Shown here one piece after another: positions 9,913 to 19,183 of a DNA stretch of 64,000 bases; within the stretch, counting starts at the first letter, position 1; the number at the start of each line of letters is the position of its first letter. Location of the stretch: contig CBDEVU010000007.1 of assembly GCA_965243715.1 (NCBI GenBank), positions 203,480 to 267,479 on the forward strand, read 5' to 3'. Position numbers and translations under genes: made by a program. Under the pieces are notes generated by a model, which made no database searches, was not told the origin of the DNA, and saw only the letters and a program-made list of their open reading frames with translations. Source of the DNA: Candidatus Aldehydirespiratoraceae bacterium. Its GTDB lineage: Bacteria > Actinomycetota > Acidimicrobiia > Acidimicrobiales > Aldehydirespiratoraceae.

Positions 9913-11382
9913 TCAGTTGCGACGGCCCCGGCGTTGGCGTTCGAGGAAGCGGTACACGTCAAGCAGGTCGATCCCTGGAAAGGGGCTGAATTCGCGTCGA
10001 GACGGAGGCAGGGCCGAGAGAACGTGGCTTCGTTCGGCCGCGGACGGCCAAGCCTGATTAGACCACTGCTCAACAAGAAGCGGATCGGGCTGGATTTCCC
10101 GCTTACGGGCGTACTCACGCCGCAGCGTCGCACTCCCCCGAAAGCGGTAGGCGTAAGCGATCGGACTCCCGAGCGAGATGGCGTACGGATGACGACCTGT
10201 CTCGGTCTCGATGTACGTTGTGCAAAAGTACTCGCCCCCATCGGTAACCGTGTATTGGCTGTGGAGCAGAAAACTCCCAGTGGCGTTCCAGGCTTGGCGA
10301 CTTCCCCATTGACGCGGGACACGTTCACCTTCGTGACCGCCATCGCTGGCCACGGGAAAGCCGACACCGTCGTTTTCGTAGGCCTTGTCGATAACCCCCT
10401 CGCTATCAGTCCGCAGGAAATGGCACGGTATGCCAAGGTGTTCAGTGGCCAGATTGGTGAATCTATGGGCCGCCATCTCATAGGAGATGTAGAACAGTTC
10501 CTTGAGGTCCTCGACCGAGATGTCTTCGGCGGCATCGGCTTCGCGCAAGAAGTCCACCGCGGGTGCTTCTGGGGCCAGAACCGCTGCGGCGAAGTAGTTC
10601 GACTCGATGCGTTGGCGCAGATAATCACCGAAGTCACGGGTGTCGCGGTGATCGAGGGCGAAGTGGCCGAGGGTCTGCAAGACGACGCTGCGAGCCTGAC
10701 GAATCTTCAGTCCACCACGATCGGGAATGAAGATGATCTTGTCACGTCGATCGGTGATGCTTCGCGCCGACCGTGGCATCTGATTGACTCGTTCGATCGT
10801 GAAACCCCAGTGGCCAGCGAGATCAGTCAGCACCCTTTCGCTGATCGGGCCGCTACCGTTGTAGCCCGCCTTGTCGAGGGCCCGCCGAGCAATCGCCTCG
10901 ATCTCAGCGAAGTAGTTGCTGTGATTCTTCATCTCGTTGCGTAACGAGTTGTTGGCCGAGCGGGCTCGCGCCGCGAGATCCGGGACCGGCACGGCAGGCT
11001 CGATGTCTCGATCTCGCACTAAGCGCCACAAGCACACTAAGTGTTCGAGAACATCGTTGCTTACTTTCGCGCCCAGTTTGAGGTTGGCGAGTCCGAGCGC
11101 GCGATAGCGAGGGTCTTGTTGTGCCCGTTCGATCTCGATCTCCAACTCGGAGCGGCGGTCGGGCGGCTCGTTGGAAAGGATCGCGGCCGTGGTCGTTTCG
11201 AGAACGAAAGCGAGATCTTTGATCAAGCCCAGTTTGGGTTCGACCTTGCCGTTTTCGAGTTGAGAAAGGTAGGGCACAGGCCGGCCAACTAGGTCACTGA
11301 CCTCAGCTAGGTTCGCGCCCTTCGCCCGCCGAGCGGCGCGAACGTGGCGACCTAGGAGGAGGAGGTCTAGTTCTTCACTCAT
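9913..11382 (-). CDS. XRE-HTH / ImmA-IrrE-like / DUF2083 regulator (RamB / ScfR / PrpR family)
   Basis: 489 aa with an N-terminal HTH (LGRHVRAARRAKGANLAEVSDLVGRPVPYLSQLENGK) and the long C-terminal region typical of RamB-type regulators. It is divergent from aceB-aceA. Confidence 0.78.
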   Translation of the reverse strand: MSEELDLLLLGRHVRAARRAKGANLAEVSDLVGRPVPYLSQLENGKVEPKLGLIKDLAFVLETTTAAILSNEPPDRRSELEIEIERAQQDPRYRALGLANLKLGAKVSNDVLEHLVCLWRLVRDRDIEPAVPVPDLAARARSANNSLRNEMKNHSNYFAEIEAIARRALDKAGYNGSGPISERVLTDLAGHWGFTIERVNQMPRSARSITDRRDKIIFIPDRGGLKIRQARSVVLQTLGHFALDHRDTRDFGDYLRQRIESNYFAAAVLAPEAPAVDFLREADAAEDISVEDLKELFYISYEMAAHRFTNLATEHLGIPCHFLRTDSEGVIDKAYENDGVGFPVASDGGHEGERVPRQWGSRQAWNATGSFLLHSQYTVTDGGEYFCTTYIETETGRHPYAISLGSPIAYAYRFRGSATLRREYARKREIQPDPLLVEQWSNQAWPSAAERSHVLSALPPSRREFSPFPGIDLLDVYRFLERQRRGRRN

Positions 11383-11408
11383 TTCGTCTACCTAGCTTCA
11401 ACGGTATC

Positions 11409-11422
11409 ATAACTTTGACATA
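11409..11422. promoter_or_regulatory. RamB-box-like element in the divergent ramB-like/aceB promoter region
   Basis: ATAACTTTGACATA shares the AACTTTG core with the corynebacterial RamB box A(A/G)AACTTTGCAAA, about 9 of 13 positions by my alignment. It lies in the AT-rich 124-bp gap and contains a TTGACA hexamer. Confidence 0.35.
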
Positions 11423-11505
11423 TTTTTCGTAAAACGTAAAGATCGTTTTCACTATATTCGCGAAGAGTTGTTGTTGTTTCTATTCTTACCGGCCATCATT
11501 AAGAG

Positions 11506-13128
11506 ATGGCGATGGCCCTCCAACACCAAGACGGGGTCACCGTTGACGATCACCCGTTTGCGCCCGACGTACTCGGCCCGCCCGTACAGCGGTTTCTCGG
11601 CCAACTTCATCGCCGGTTCGAACCATCTCGTCGACTTCTGCGACGAAGTCACGAGTGCCAGCACCGTGAGCACCTCCGCGGTGTTCTCCCCTGCTTTGAT
11701 CCGGCCACTGCGCCCATCCGAGCCAACGACTGGCACATCGCCCCCGCCCCGCCGGACCTAGTCAATCGCCGCACTGAACTAACCGGTCCCGTCACCCGCG
11801 CAGCAATGGTCGAAGCGCTGAACTCTGGGGCTCGGGTGTACATGGCGGACTTCGAGGACACCACCACCCCAACCTGGTCCAACTGTGTCGATGGCCAACG
11901 CAACCTACGCGACGCTTACGCGGGTACCCTCAGCGCCGATTTTGATGGCGAAATCCGCAGGCCCAACGCGACCGCCGCCACCCTCATGGTTCGCACCCGC
12001 GGCTGGCACCTGCTCGAACCGAGCGTCACGATTGACGGCGAACCCATGTCGGCCTCGCTGTTCGATTTCGGCGTGTGCGTCTTCAATAATGCCCGGGCCG
12101 CTGTTGCCGCCGGTTCGGCGCCGTATTTTTACCTGCCGAAGTTCCAAGGGGCGAGCGACGCTTCACTATGGCGCCAGGTCTTGGAATGGACCGAGGACGA
12201 ACTCTCCCTCGGCCGCGGAACTATCCGCACCACGGTCCTGATCGAAACCATCGGAGCCGCCTTCGCCATGGAGGAGATTCTCTTTGAACTTCGTGATCAC
12301 ATAACCGGGCTTCATACCGGTAACTGGGATTACCTATTCAGCATGGTGAAGACGTTCGCCAACGATCCATCGTTCATCATCTCGGACCGAGCCGATCTTA
12401 CCGCCACGACCCCTTTCATTCGAGCGTTCACTGAGTTGCTGGTATCGACCTGTCATCGTCGCGGCGCGCACGCAATCGGCGGCATGTCGGGGGTCATTCC
12501 CGATATTATTAATCCGGCACGCACCGCCTCGGCGCTCCGCAAAGTCACCGTCGATAAGCGTCGCGAAGCAGGCGATGGCTTCGATGGCACCCGCATTGCT
12601 CAGCCCGCGCTCGTGGCCATTGCCGAGCGAGAGTTTGATCGGGTGCTCAGCTACCGTCCTCATCAACTCGAAGTCCAACGCGACGACGTTTACGTCACCG
12701 CGGGCGATCTACTCGCCGTTCGTACCGCCCGCGGAAACCACACCGAGGCCGGATTGCGACACAGCATCAAAGTTGCCTTGCACTACCTCGGTGAATGGCT
12801 AGCCGGTACCGGTGCGGTGGCCATCGACGATCATCTCGAAGACACTGCGATGGCCGAACTCTGCCGCTCGCGGATCTGGCAATGGCGCCGTCACGAAGTA
12901 GAACTCAGCAACGGCTGGATCGTGACCGATGACCTCCTGACCCGCTTCTTAGCAGAGGAGGCCGCGGCGCTGAAAGCAGAACTCGGCTCCGAGACGTGGC
13001 GCAGCGGTCGGTTCGACGATGCCTTTACCCTGATCCAAGAACTCACCTTTAGTGACACGCTCGCGGGCTTTGTGCCAGTAGAGGCAAGTCACCTCATCAG
13101 AGGAAACCCCCAAGGAGAATGCCAATGA
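11506..13128 (+). CDS. aceB: malate synthase A
   Basis: 540 aa with [21 protein letters not shown] and [12 protein letters not shown]. Its stop overlaps the aceA start. Confidence 0.9.
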   Translation: MAMALQHQDGVTVDDHPFAPDVLGPPVQRFLGQLHRRFEPSRRLLRRSHECQHREHLRGVLPCFDPATAPIRANDWHIAPAPPDLVNRRTELTGPVTRAAMVEALNSGARVYMADFEDTTTPTWSNCVDGQRNLRDAYAGTLSADFDGEIRRPNATAATLMVRTRGWHLLEPSVTIDGEPMSASLFDFGVCVFNNARAAVAAGSAPYFYLPKFQGASDASLWRQVLEWTEDELSLGRGTIRTTVLIETIGAAFAMEEILFELRDHITGLHTGNWDYLFSMVKTFANDPSFIISDRADLTATTPFIRAFTELLVSTCHRRGAHAIGGMSGVIPDIINPARTASALRKVTVDKRREAGDGFDGTRIAQPALVAIAEREFDRVLSYRPHQLEVQRDDVYVTAGDLLAVRTARGNHTEAGLRHSIKVALHYLGEWLAGTGAVAIDDHLEDTAMAELCRSRIWQWRRHEVELSNGWIVTDDLLTRFLAEEAAALKAELGSETWRSGRFDDAFTLIQELTFSDTLAGFVPVEASHLIRGNPQGECQ

Positions 13129-14414
13129 ACCCGACCTTCACCGACCAAGTCGCCGCGCTGGAAAAGGACTGGTCCGAGAACCCGCGCTGGAGCGGCGTTA
13201 CTCGTGACTACACCGCTGCCGACGTTGTTCGTCTACGCGGCTCGGTTACCCCAGAGCATACGCTGGCCCGTCAAGGGGCGGAAAAGCTGTGGGAGCGTGT
13301 CAATGACATGGACTACGTCCACGCCTTGGGGGCCATGACCGGCGGTCAGGCCATCAACTACGCCAAGGGTGGCCTGCCCGCCATCTACCTATCGGGTTGG
13401 CAGGTCGCGGGCGACGCCAACCTCGCCGGTCAGGTTTACCCCGACCAGTCGCTGTACCCCGTGAACTCGGTACCGTCGGTAGTGGCCCGAATCAACAACG
13501 CCTTGCGCCGAGCCGACCAGATCGAGTGGAGCGAGACCAACGGTTCGCCCAACATCGACTACCTGCTCCCGATCGTCGCCGACGCCGAAGCGGGCTTTGG
13601 CGGTCCACTCAACGCCTACGAACTAATGAAGGCCATGATCGAAGCGGGCGCGGCGGGCGTTCACTGGGAGGATCAACTCAGTTCGGCCAAGAAGTGCGGC
13701 CACATGGGGGGCAAGGTCCTCATCCCCACCCAACAGCACGTGACCACACTCACCGCGGCCCGGTTGGCGGCCGACGTGGCCGACGTACCCACCATCGTGT
13801 TGGCCCGCACCGACGCCCTCGCCGCCAATCTGATCACTACCGACGTCGACGAGAGGGACCAAGAGTTCCTGACCGGGGAGCGCTCCGCCGAAGGCTTCTA
13901 CTACACAGAACCTGGCATCAAGACGCCAATCAAGCGGGCCCTCGCCTACGCCCCCTACTCTGATCTGATCTGGTGCGAGACCGGTACTCCGGACCTAGAG
14001 CAGGCCCGCGAGTTTGCTGAGGCGGTCAAGGCTGAGTTCCCCGATCAGATGCTGAGCTACAACTGCTCGCCCTCGTTCAACTGGAAGGCACATCTCGACG
14101 ACGGCACGATCGCCAAGTTCCAGCGTGAACTCGGAGCGATGGGCTACGCGTTCCAGTTCATCACCCTGGCCGGATGGCATGCCCTGAACGCGTCAGCGTT
14201 CGACCTTGCCCGCGGCTACACCGCCGAAGACATGACCGCCTACGTCGAACTCCAAGAGCGCGAATTCGGCATGGAAGGCGACGGCTACACCGCCACCAAG
14301 CACCAGCGCGAGGTTGGGGCTGGCTACTTCGACAACATTGCGACCATCGTCTCCGGCGGCACCGCATCAACGCTCGCCCTCACCGGCTCCACCGAAGAAG
14401 AGCAATTCCACTAG
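13125..14414 (+). CDS. aceA: isocitrate lyase
   Basis: Carries the signature [12 protein letters not shown] prefer ATG 13125 because AAGGAG lies 7 nt upstream and it forms an ATGA overlap with the aceB stop. The track start 13119 sits too close to the SD. Confidence 0.95.
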   Translation: MNPTFTDQVAALEKDWSENPRWSGVTRDYTAADVVRLRGSVTPEHTLARQGAEKLWERVNDMDYVHALGAMTGGQAINYAKGGLPAIYLSGWQVAGDANLAGQVYPDQSLYPVNSVPSVVARINNALRRADQIEWSETNGSPNIDYLLPIVADAEAGFGGPLNAYELMKAMIEAGAAGVHWEDQLSSAKKCGHMGGKVLIPTQQHVTTLTAARLAADVADVPTIVLARTDALAANLITTDVDERDQEFLTGERSAEGFYYTEPGIKTPIKRALAYAPYSDLIWCETGTPDLEQAREFAEAVKAEFPDQMLSYNCSPSFNWKAHLDDGTIAKFQRELGAMGYAFQFITLAGWHALNASAFDLARGYTAEDMTAYVELQEREFGMEGDGYTATKHQREVGAGYFDNIATIVSGGTASTLALTGSTEEEQFH

Positions 14415-14440
14415 GACGCGTCGCGATTTCGTCCCTATCT

Positions 14441-15568
14441 TTATAATCGACGGAGCAATCCATCCGTGTCGTAGACCGGATGGCGTTGCTTCGCTTTCGT
14501 GAACACTATCTGAAAAAGCTGAATCGCTCGCACTCGAAAACCGGCGGCCGAACCCAAGAGGTAATACTCCCACGTCCGGCGGAAATGTTCGCCGTAGTGC
14601 GGAATCTCAGACCAGCGGTCATCGATATTGGCATGCCACTCCATGAGCGTTCGGTCATAATCTGGTCCGAAGTTGTGAACATCCTCGATAGTCCACGTTC
14701 TCTCCGCCGCACGACAAATCTGACCAAGCGACGGGAGCACACCACCAGGGAAAATATGGCGATCGAACCATGGATCGGTGTGGGTCTTCCACTCGTTGGA
14801 ACCAATCGTGTGATGAAGCATCAACCCGTCCGAGTCGAGCAATTCATCGCACTTCGCGAAGAACGAGCCGAGATTTCGGGGGCCGACATGCTCCATCATT
14901 CCGATCGAGGTGATGCGGTCGAAATGGCCTTCGAGGTCACGATAGTCGGCTTGTTCAATGTGGACCGGAAGCCCCGCCGTCCGTTGCCGGGCTACGGTGA
15001 CTTGTTCGATGGCCGGACTGATGCCCGTGACATGGATGTCGTAGCGTTCGGCCACGAACTGAGCGAACCCTCCCCAGCCACACCCAACGTCGAGCAACCG
15101 CATCCCCTGCTCAAGCTTTAGCTTGCGACAGATCAGGTCCAGTTTCGCCTCCTGGGCGGAGTCAAGGTCATCGGCGTCTCGCCAGTATCCACACGTGTAG
15201 ATCATGCGCTTGTCGAGCATGCGCTCGAAGAGGTCGTTGCCGATGTCGTAGTGGGCGGCCGCGTTCTTCTTGGCCCGCCGTTTGCTCTGCCGGTTAGCGA
15301 AGCGACTCGCGATCACCAGCCGAAGGAGGGCCGGACTGGGCCGAACGTGGTCAGCCAGGTTGCTTTCCTGAGCCACGGCGAGAAACTCGTCGAGTTGGTT
15401 AGCTGTCCACCACCCCGCCTGGTACGCCTCACCGAGCCCAAGTTCGCGGTCGCGAAAGACCCGTTTGAAGACGCGCTCGTCATGGACGTGGATGTCCGCC
15501 GGTGCGTCGCCGCCGACAGTCACCCCCACCGCCGCTAACGTTTCTTCAACGAATTTCGCTGCATCCAT
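14441..15568 (-). CDS. cyclopropane-fatty-acyl-phospholipid synthase family SAM-dependent methyltransferase
   Basis: 375 aa with SAM motif I LLDVGCGWGGFA and a CMAS-family layout. Confidence 0.87.
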   Translation of the reverse strand: MDAAKFVEETLAAVGVTVGGDAPADIHVHDERVFKRVFRDRELGLGEAYQAGWWTANQLDEFLAVAQESNLADHVRPSPALLRLVIASRFANRQSKRRAKKNAAAHYDIGNDLFERMLDKRMIYTCGYWRDADDLDSAQEAKLDLICRKLKLEQGMRLLDVGCGWGGFAQFVAERYDIHVTGISPAIEQVTVARQRTAGLPVHIEQADYRDLEGHFDRITSIGMMEHVGPRNLGSFFAKCDELLDSDGLMLHHTIGSNEWKTHTDPWFDRHIFPGGVLPSLGQICRAAERTWTIEDVHNFGPDYDRTLMEWHANIDDRWSEIPHYGEHFRRTWEYYLLGSAAGFRVRAIQLFQIVFTKAKQRHPVYDTDGLLRRL

Positions 15569-15622
15569 CCGAGATCCCCCATTACATCATTAACCTAGCT
15601 TGCCGTCACCGCGCTTGCAGTA

Positions 15623-15699
15623 TGGCACCTCCGACAGGACTCGAACCCGCAACCGTCGGGGTAGAAACCCGATGCTCTATCCAGTTGAGCTACGGAGGC
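15623..15699 (-). tRNA. tRNA-Arg (anticodon TCT), CCA encoded
   Basis: Hand-folded cloverleaf on the minus strand: GCCTCCG TA GCTC AACTGGATA GAGC A TCGGG TTTCTAC CCCGA CGGTT GCGGG TTCGAGT CCTGT CGGAGGT G CCA (77 nt). It needs a few G-U pairs. Confidence 0.85.
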
Positions 15700-15793
15700 A
15701 AGAACAGGGTAGACCTATTGGGTCCCAAGCCGGTACACTACGGATTCGTTCGTCTCTTGAGACGGGCCGTCGCCGGACCTTCGGGCCCCGCGT

Positions 15794-15868
15794 GGTGGGC
15801 GTAGCTCAGTTGGTTAGAGCGCCTGGTTGTGGTCCAGGAGGTCGGGGGTTCGAGTCCCCTCGTTCACC
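15794..15868 (+). tRNA. tRNA-His (anticodon GTG) with encoded G-1
   Basis: Fold: G GTGGGCG TA GCTC AGTTGGTTA GAGC G CCTGG TTGTGGT CCAGG AGGTC GGGGG TTCGAGT CCCCT CGTTCAC C. The extra 5' G opposite C73 is the His identity element. CCA is not encoded. Confidence 0.88.
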
Positions 15869-15897
15869 CGATAGAATTGTTCCATGGATCAATTCCT

Positions 15898-15970
15898 GCA
15901 CCTCTAGCTCAATTGGTAGAGCATCGGACTCTTAATCCGCAGGTTCTGGGTTCGAGTCCCAGGGGGTGTA
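15898..15970 (+). tRNA. tRNA-Lys (anticodon CTT)
   Basis: Fold: GCACCTC TA GCTC AATTGGTA GAGC A TCGGA CTCTTAA TCCGC AGGTT CTGGG TTCGAGT CCCAG GGGGTGT A (73 nt). CCA is not encoded. Confidence 0.87.
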
Positions 15971-16218
15971 CAAAGCAAACGAGCCTCCGCTGCCGACCAC
16001 GGTCAGCCAACGCCTTGACCGACTACAATCCGGCGGATTCTCTTGAGGACATAAGTAGTCAAGCAACGGTCGCAGTCGAAGCCACCCTTGTCGATGTCGA
16101 AAATGGCAGGCGCTTTGGACCCGGTTGTTGAACTACTCGATGGCCCACACCACGTTTTTCGCGTCCGCGTCGATGATCGGCCCCGGCACCAAAATCAAGG
16201 GGCATTCCAAGGAGGTGG

Positions 16219-16400
16219 GTGCCCCGCCGGTTTCCGGGTTCCTTCCCGGCGGGGCATGGGGAATGAGGCGGTAACAGGGCAAGGAGAGTTGCCCTCACCC
16301 GGACCCCAGGCTTAAACCATAATTCCCAAAGTATTCTGAAACCGTGTGCTCTCAGAAAAGAGAGCCCTCCTACCACACCTAACCATATGCAGGGGGTGTG
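16219..16400. other. cluster of four stem-loops in an otherwise unassigned 435-bp gap
   Basis: Stems read directly: 16219-16230/16246-16257 (12 bp, GTGCCCCGCCGG...CCGGCGGGGCAT), 16276-16282/16289-16295 (AGGGCAA/TTGCCCT), 16348-16353/16360-16365 (GCTCTC/GAGAGC) and 16374-16379/16395-16400 (CACACC/GGTGTG). None is followed by a clear U-tract. Confidence 0.4.
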
Positions 16401-16406
16401 ACATTC

Positions 16407-17483
16407 CTAGATTGGATTCGATATGGCCCGCCCTCTTTGAGGAACTCCGGCGATGTCCCCATCCCCCGCGATTTTGTCCACCGCGACAACTCGACCCGTT
16501 GCCGCCGATTCCTTGACCGCGAGGGCACCCGCCAACGCGGCCAAGCCAGCTTCGCCGGTGACCGAAGGGGCGCCGTCCCCCGCAACGGCCAGTCGGAACT
16601 TATCCAATGCTGCGTCGTAGAGGTCGCGCCGGTCAGAAACTTGGATTTCTTCGGTGGATTTACCCACGGTCCGCCACAACGAACCGACCGGGTCCTGCGA
16701 CATAATGTCGACGCCATGGACCGAGGCCTCGGTTCCAATCACGGTGATTGAAGTCGGAGAGTGCTCGACGGTAAACGCGTCGTGCAGTTGTACAAGAACG
16801 TCGCCGAACTGAACCACCGCCATAACGGCGTCCGGCACAGTGAAGTCCGATCCATCGCTCCACTGACCCTGCCGGACAGCGATGGCGGTAGCCGCTGTGG
16901 CGGTCCGTCCGAGGATAGCTTGGATGGCGGACAGGTCGTGTACGGTAATATCAAGAATTACCCCACCCCCCGCCGGATCATCAAGACGCCAGCCGCGGAG
17001 ACGTTCGGGCAAGAGGACGGCGTGTGCGACTCGGACCGCGAGAGGCGTCCCGAGGGATCCCGAAGAAACCAACTTCATGAGCGCTTTGTGAGTGCCCGCG
17101 CCGGGCAGGTGATGATTCGTGGCTAAGACCACTTCGTTGTCGGCGGCCGCCTCGATCATTTTTCTACCGTCGGCCATGGTCAAGGCCAGCGGTTTCTCGC
17201 ACAGGACGTGTTTACCGCTCGTGGCGGCCGCGATGGCCTGCTCCGCATGCAGGTGGTTGGCGCTGCTGATATAGACGGCGTCGATATCAGGGGACGAGCA
17301 AACGTCGCCGATCGCGGCCGTCGACCGCGCAATTCCGTGGGTAGAGGCGAACTGTGCGGCCCATTCGGGAGTGGTGCTCTGTACCACCTCGACCGTGTCG
17401 CCCCCGCGGCGCAGCGCAGGGATCAGCCGTGTGGCCGCTATATCACTTGCTCCAATTAGCGCCCACCGAAGCGATAATTTCAT
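16407..17483 (-). CDS. Gfo/Idh/MocA family NAD(P)-dependent oxidoreductase
   Basis: Starts at the internal Met (MKLSLRWALIGASDIAATRLIPAL, a Rossmann N-terminus). The track start 17543 overlaps the upstream gene. Confidence 0.85.
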   Translation of the reverse strand: MKLSLRWALIGASDIAATRLIPALRRGGDTVEVVQSTTPEWAAQFASTHGIARSTAAIGDVCSSPDIDAVYISSANHLHAEQAIAAATSGKHVLCEKPLALTMADGRKMIEAAADNEVVLATNHHLPGAGTHKALMKLVSSGSLGTPLAVRVAHAVLLPERLRGWRLDDPAGGGVILDITVHDLSAIQAILGRTATAATAIAVRQGQWSDGSDFTVPDAVMAVVQFGDVLVQLHDAFTVEHSPTSITVIGTEASVHGVDIMSQDPVGSLWRTVGKSTEEIQVSDRRDLYDAALDKFRLAVAGDGAPSVTGEAGLAALAGALAVKESAATGRVVAVDKIAGDGDIAGVPQRGRAISNPI

Positions 17484-17511
17484 CAGTACTCCTAGAACCA
17501 CCCTATGTGTA

Positions 17512-19128
17512 TCACAGAATATCGCCCGCGCGGATGATAGCAACCCCTTTTTCGCCGATCATAATGGATGGAGCCTGAGTATTGCCGCTGATCAACTTCG
17601 GCATCACCGAAGCATCAACCACCCTCAAGCCATTTAGCCCGCGAACTCTAAGACGAGGGTCGACAACTGCGGTCTCTCCGGTACCCATCGAACACGATCC
17701 GACGGGATGATAATCCGTTTTTGACCACTTTCTGATGTAGTTTCTCACCTCCTCGTCGCTGTCAACGCCCAACCCAGGCATGAACTCGTGCTTGATGAAG
17801 GGCGCGAACGCTTCGGACTGCAACAACCGTCGACCCCAGCGAAAGCCCTCTATCGAAACCTTCCAGTCGTGGCCGTCGACGTCGCCGCAAAAGTTTGGGT
17901 CGATGACAGGAGGATCGGCAGGGTCAGGGGAACGAAGCGTGACCGCGCCAATGCTGCGGGGGCGAAGGTTGCACGTATTTATAGTGACGCCATGACCCTT
18001 CTGTCGTTTTCGACCATGATCGATGACGTAGGCAGGTAAGCAGTGGATCTGAATGTCAGGTGACTCAAGACCACCACCGCTGCGGACAAAAGCCCCCGCC
18101 TCGGCGACACACGCGGTCATTGGACCGGTCCGGTAGAGCAGATACTGGATCAGGTGACGGAGGGCTCGATCCGGACGGTCTTCTTGGTTATAAGAGACTG
18201 GTTCGGTCTCGGCCGTCAAGTATACGTCCATATGGTCTTGAAGATTCTGACCCACCCCGGGCAGGTCGTGGACGACGGGAATACCCACGTCAGTAAGGTG
18301 CCCCCCGGGGCCAATACCAGACAAAAGAAGAAGGCGGGGGGTGTTGATCGCCCCCGCGCTCAACACCACTTCGGCCTCGGCCTCCGCTCGTTTTAAGTGG
18401 CGTCCATGCTGATATTCGACGCCGACCGCACGACCGTTAGCGACGATGACCTTAGTCGTGCGGGCTTTGGTAGCCACCGTTAGGTTACGTCGGTGCATAA
18501 CGGGCTTTAGGAAGGCGGTAGCTGCGCTCTCTCGCCGCGCGTCGCGTTGAGTGACGTCATAGAAGGTCACTCCGTCTTGTTGAGCCCCGTTCACATCGGG
18601 GTTGAAATCCAATCCAAGTTCCTGGCCAGCGCGGACGAAGGCCTTGGTCAACGGATTGTGTTGAACTTGCTGGGTGACGCTCATGTCACCCCCTACACCA
18701 TGAAACTCGTTATTGAGTCGACTGTTGTCCTCGGATTTCCGGAAATACGGAAGAACCCCCTCGTAACCCCAACCCGGGTTACCTCGCCGTTCCCACTCGT
18801 CGTAGTCGCTTCGATTACCTCGGATATAGATCATGGCGTTAATCGAGGTCGAACCACCCAGCGTCCGTCCCTGAGGATACCACATCTCCCTGTTGTTCAT
18901 CTGAGCCTGAGGAGCGGTAGAAAACCCCCAGTTGACCTTCTGTGAGGTCAGCTTTGTAAAACCCACCGGAATGTGAATAAGCGGGCTGCGATCCCGTCCT
19001 CCTGCCTCGATCAAGAGTACATTATTGGAAGGGTCTTCGCTGAGTCGGTTGGCGACCACGCAGCCAGCGGCGCCTGCGCCAACAACCACGTAGGTATAGC
19101 GACCGGCAACGATTTCGGCCTTGCTCAT
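17512..19128 (-). CDS. GMC family oxidoreductase (choline-dehydrogenase-like)
   Basis: The real start is MSKAEIVAGRYTYVVVGAGAAGCVVANRLSEDP (ATG 19128). The track's 70-aa N-terminal extension crosses the divergent gene. Confidence 0.88.
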   Translation of the reverse strand: MSKAEIVAGRYTYVVVGAGAAGCVVANRLSEDPSNNVLLIEAGGRDRSPLIHIPVGFTKLTSQKVNWGFSTAPQAQMNNREMWYPQGRTLGGSTSINAMIYIRGNRSDYDEWERRGNPGWGYEGVLPYFRKSEDNSRLNNEFHGVGGDMSVTQQVQHNPLTKAFVRAGQELGLDFNPDVNGAQQDGVTFYDVTQRDARRESAATAFLKPVMHRRNLTVATKARTTKVIVANGRAVGVEYQHGRHLKRAEAEAEVVLSAGAINTPRLLLLSGIGPGGHLTDVGIPVVHDLPGVGQNLQDHMDVYLTAETEPVSYNQEDRPDRALRHLIQYLLYRTGPMTACVAEAGAFVRSGGGLESPDIQIHCLPAYVIDHGRKRQKGHGVTINTCNLRPRSIGAVTLRSPDPADPPVIDPNFCGDVDGHDWKVSIEGFRWGRRLLQSEAFAPFIKHEFMPGLGVDSDEEVRNYIRKWSKTDYHPVGSCSMGTGETAVVDPRLRVRGLNGLRVVDASVMPKLISGNTQAPSIMIGEKGVAIIRAGDIL

Positions 19129-19183
19129 CGGCTCAGATTCTGTACAATAGTCACAGAGCAATTTATACCACAGAAAGCAGCCG

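Noticed and set aside
9934-10944. 336-aa plus-strand ORF antisense to the RamB-like gene. Similar long antisense ORFs occur at 2120..2920, 23326..23967, 26549..27451, 34841..35506, 38907..40151, 53348..53980 and 59204..59866.
   Set aside because: Each lies fully inside, and opposite to, a gene with clear family motifs. Their products are Arg/Gly/Pro/Ala-rich with no recognisable domains. This is the usual stop-codon-poor antisense frame of GC-rich DNA.
16059-16376. Track ORFs 16059..16376(-) and 16088..16315(+) in the tRNA-downstream gap
   Set aside because: Both are dominated by Gly/Arg/Pro runs generated by the GC-rich hairpins, and neither has an SD at its start. The region is reported as structured non-coding DNA instead.
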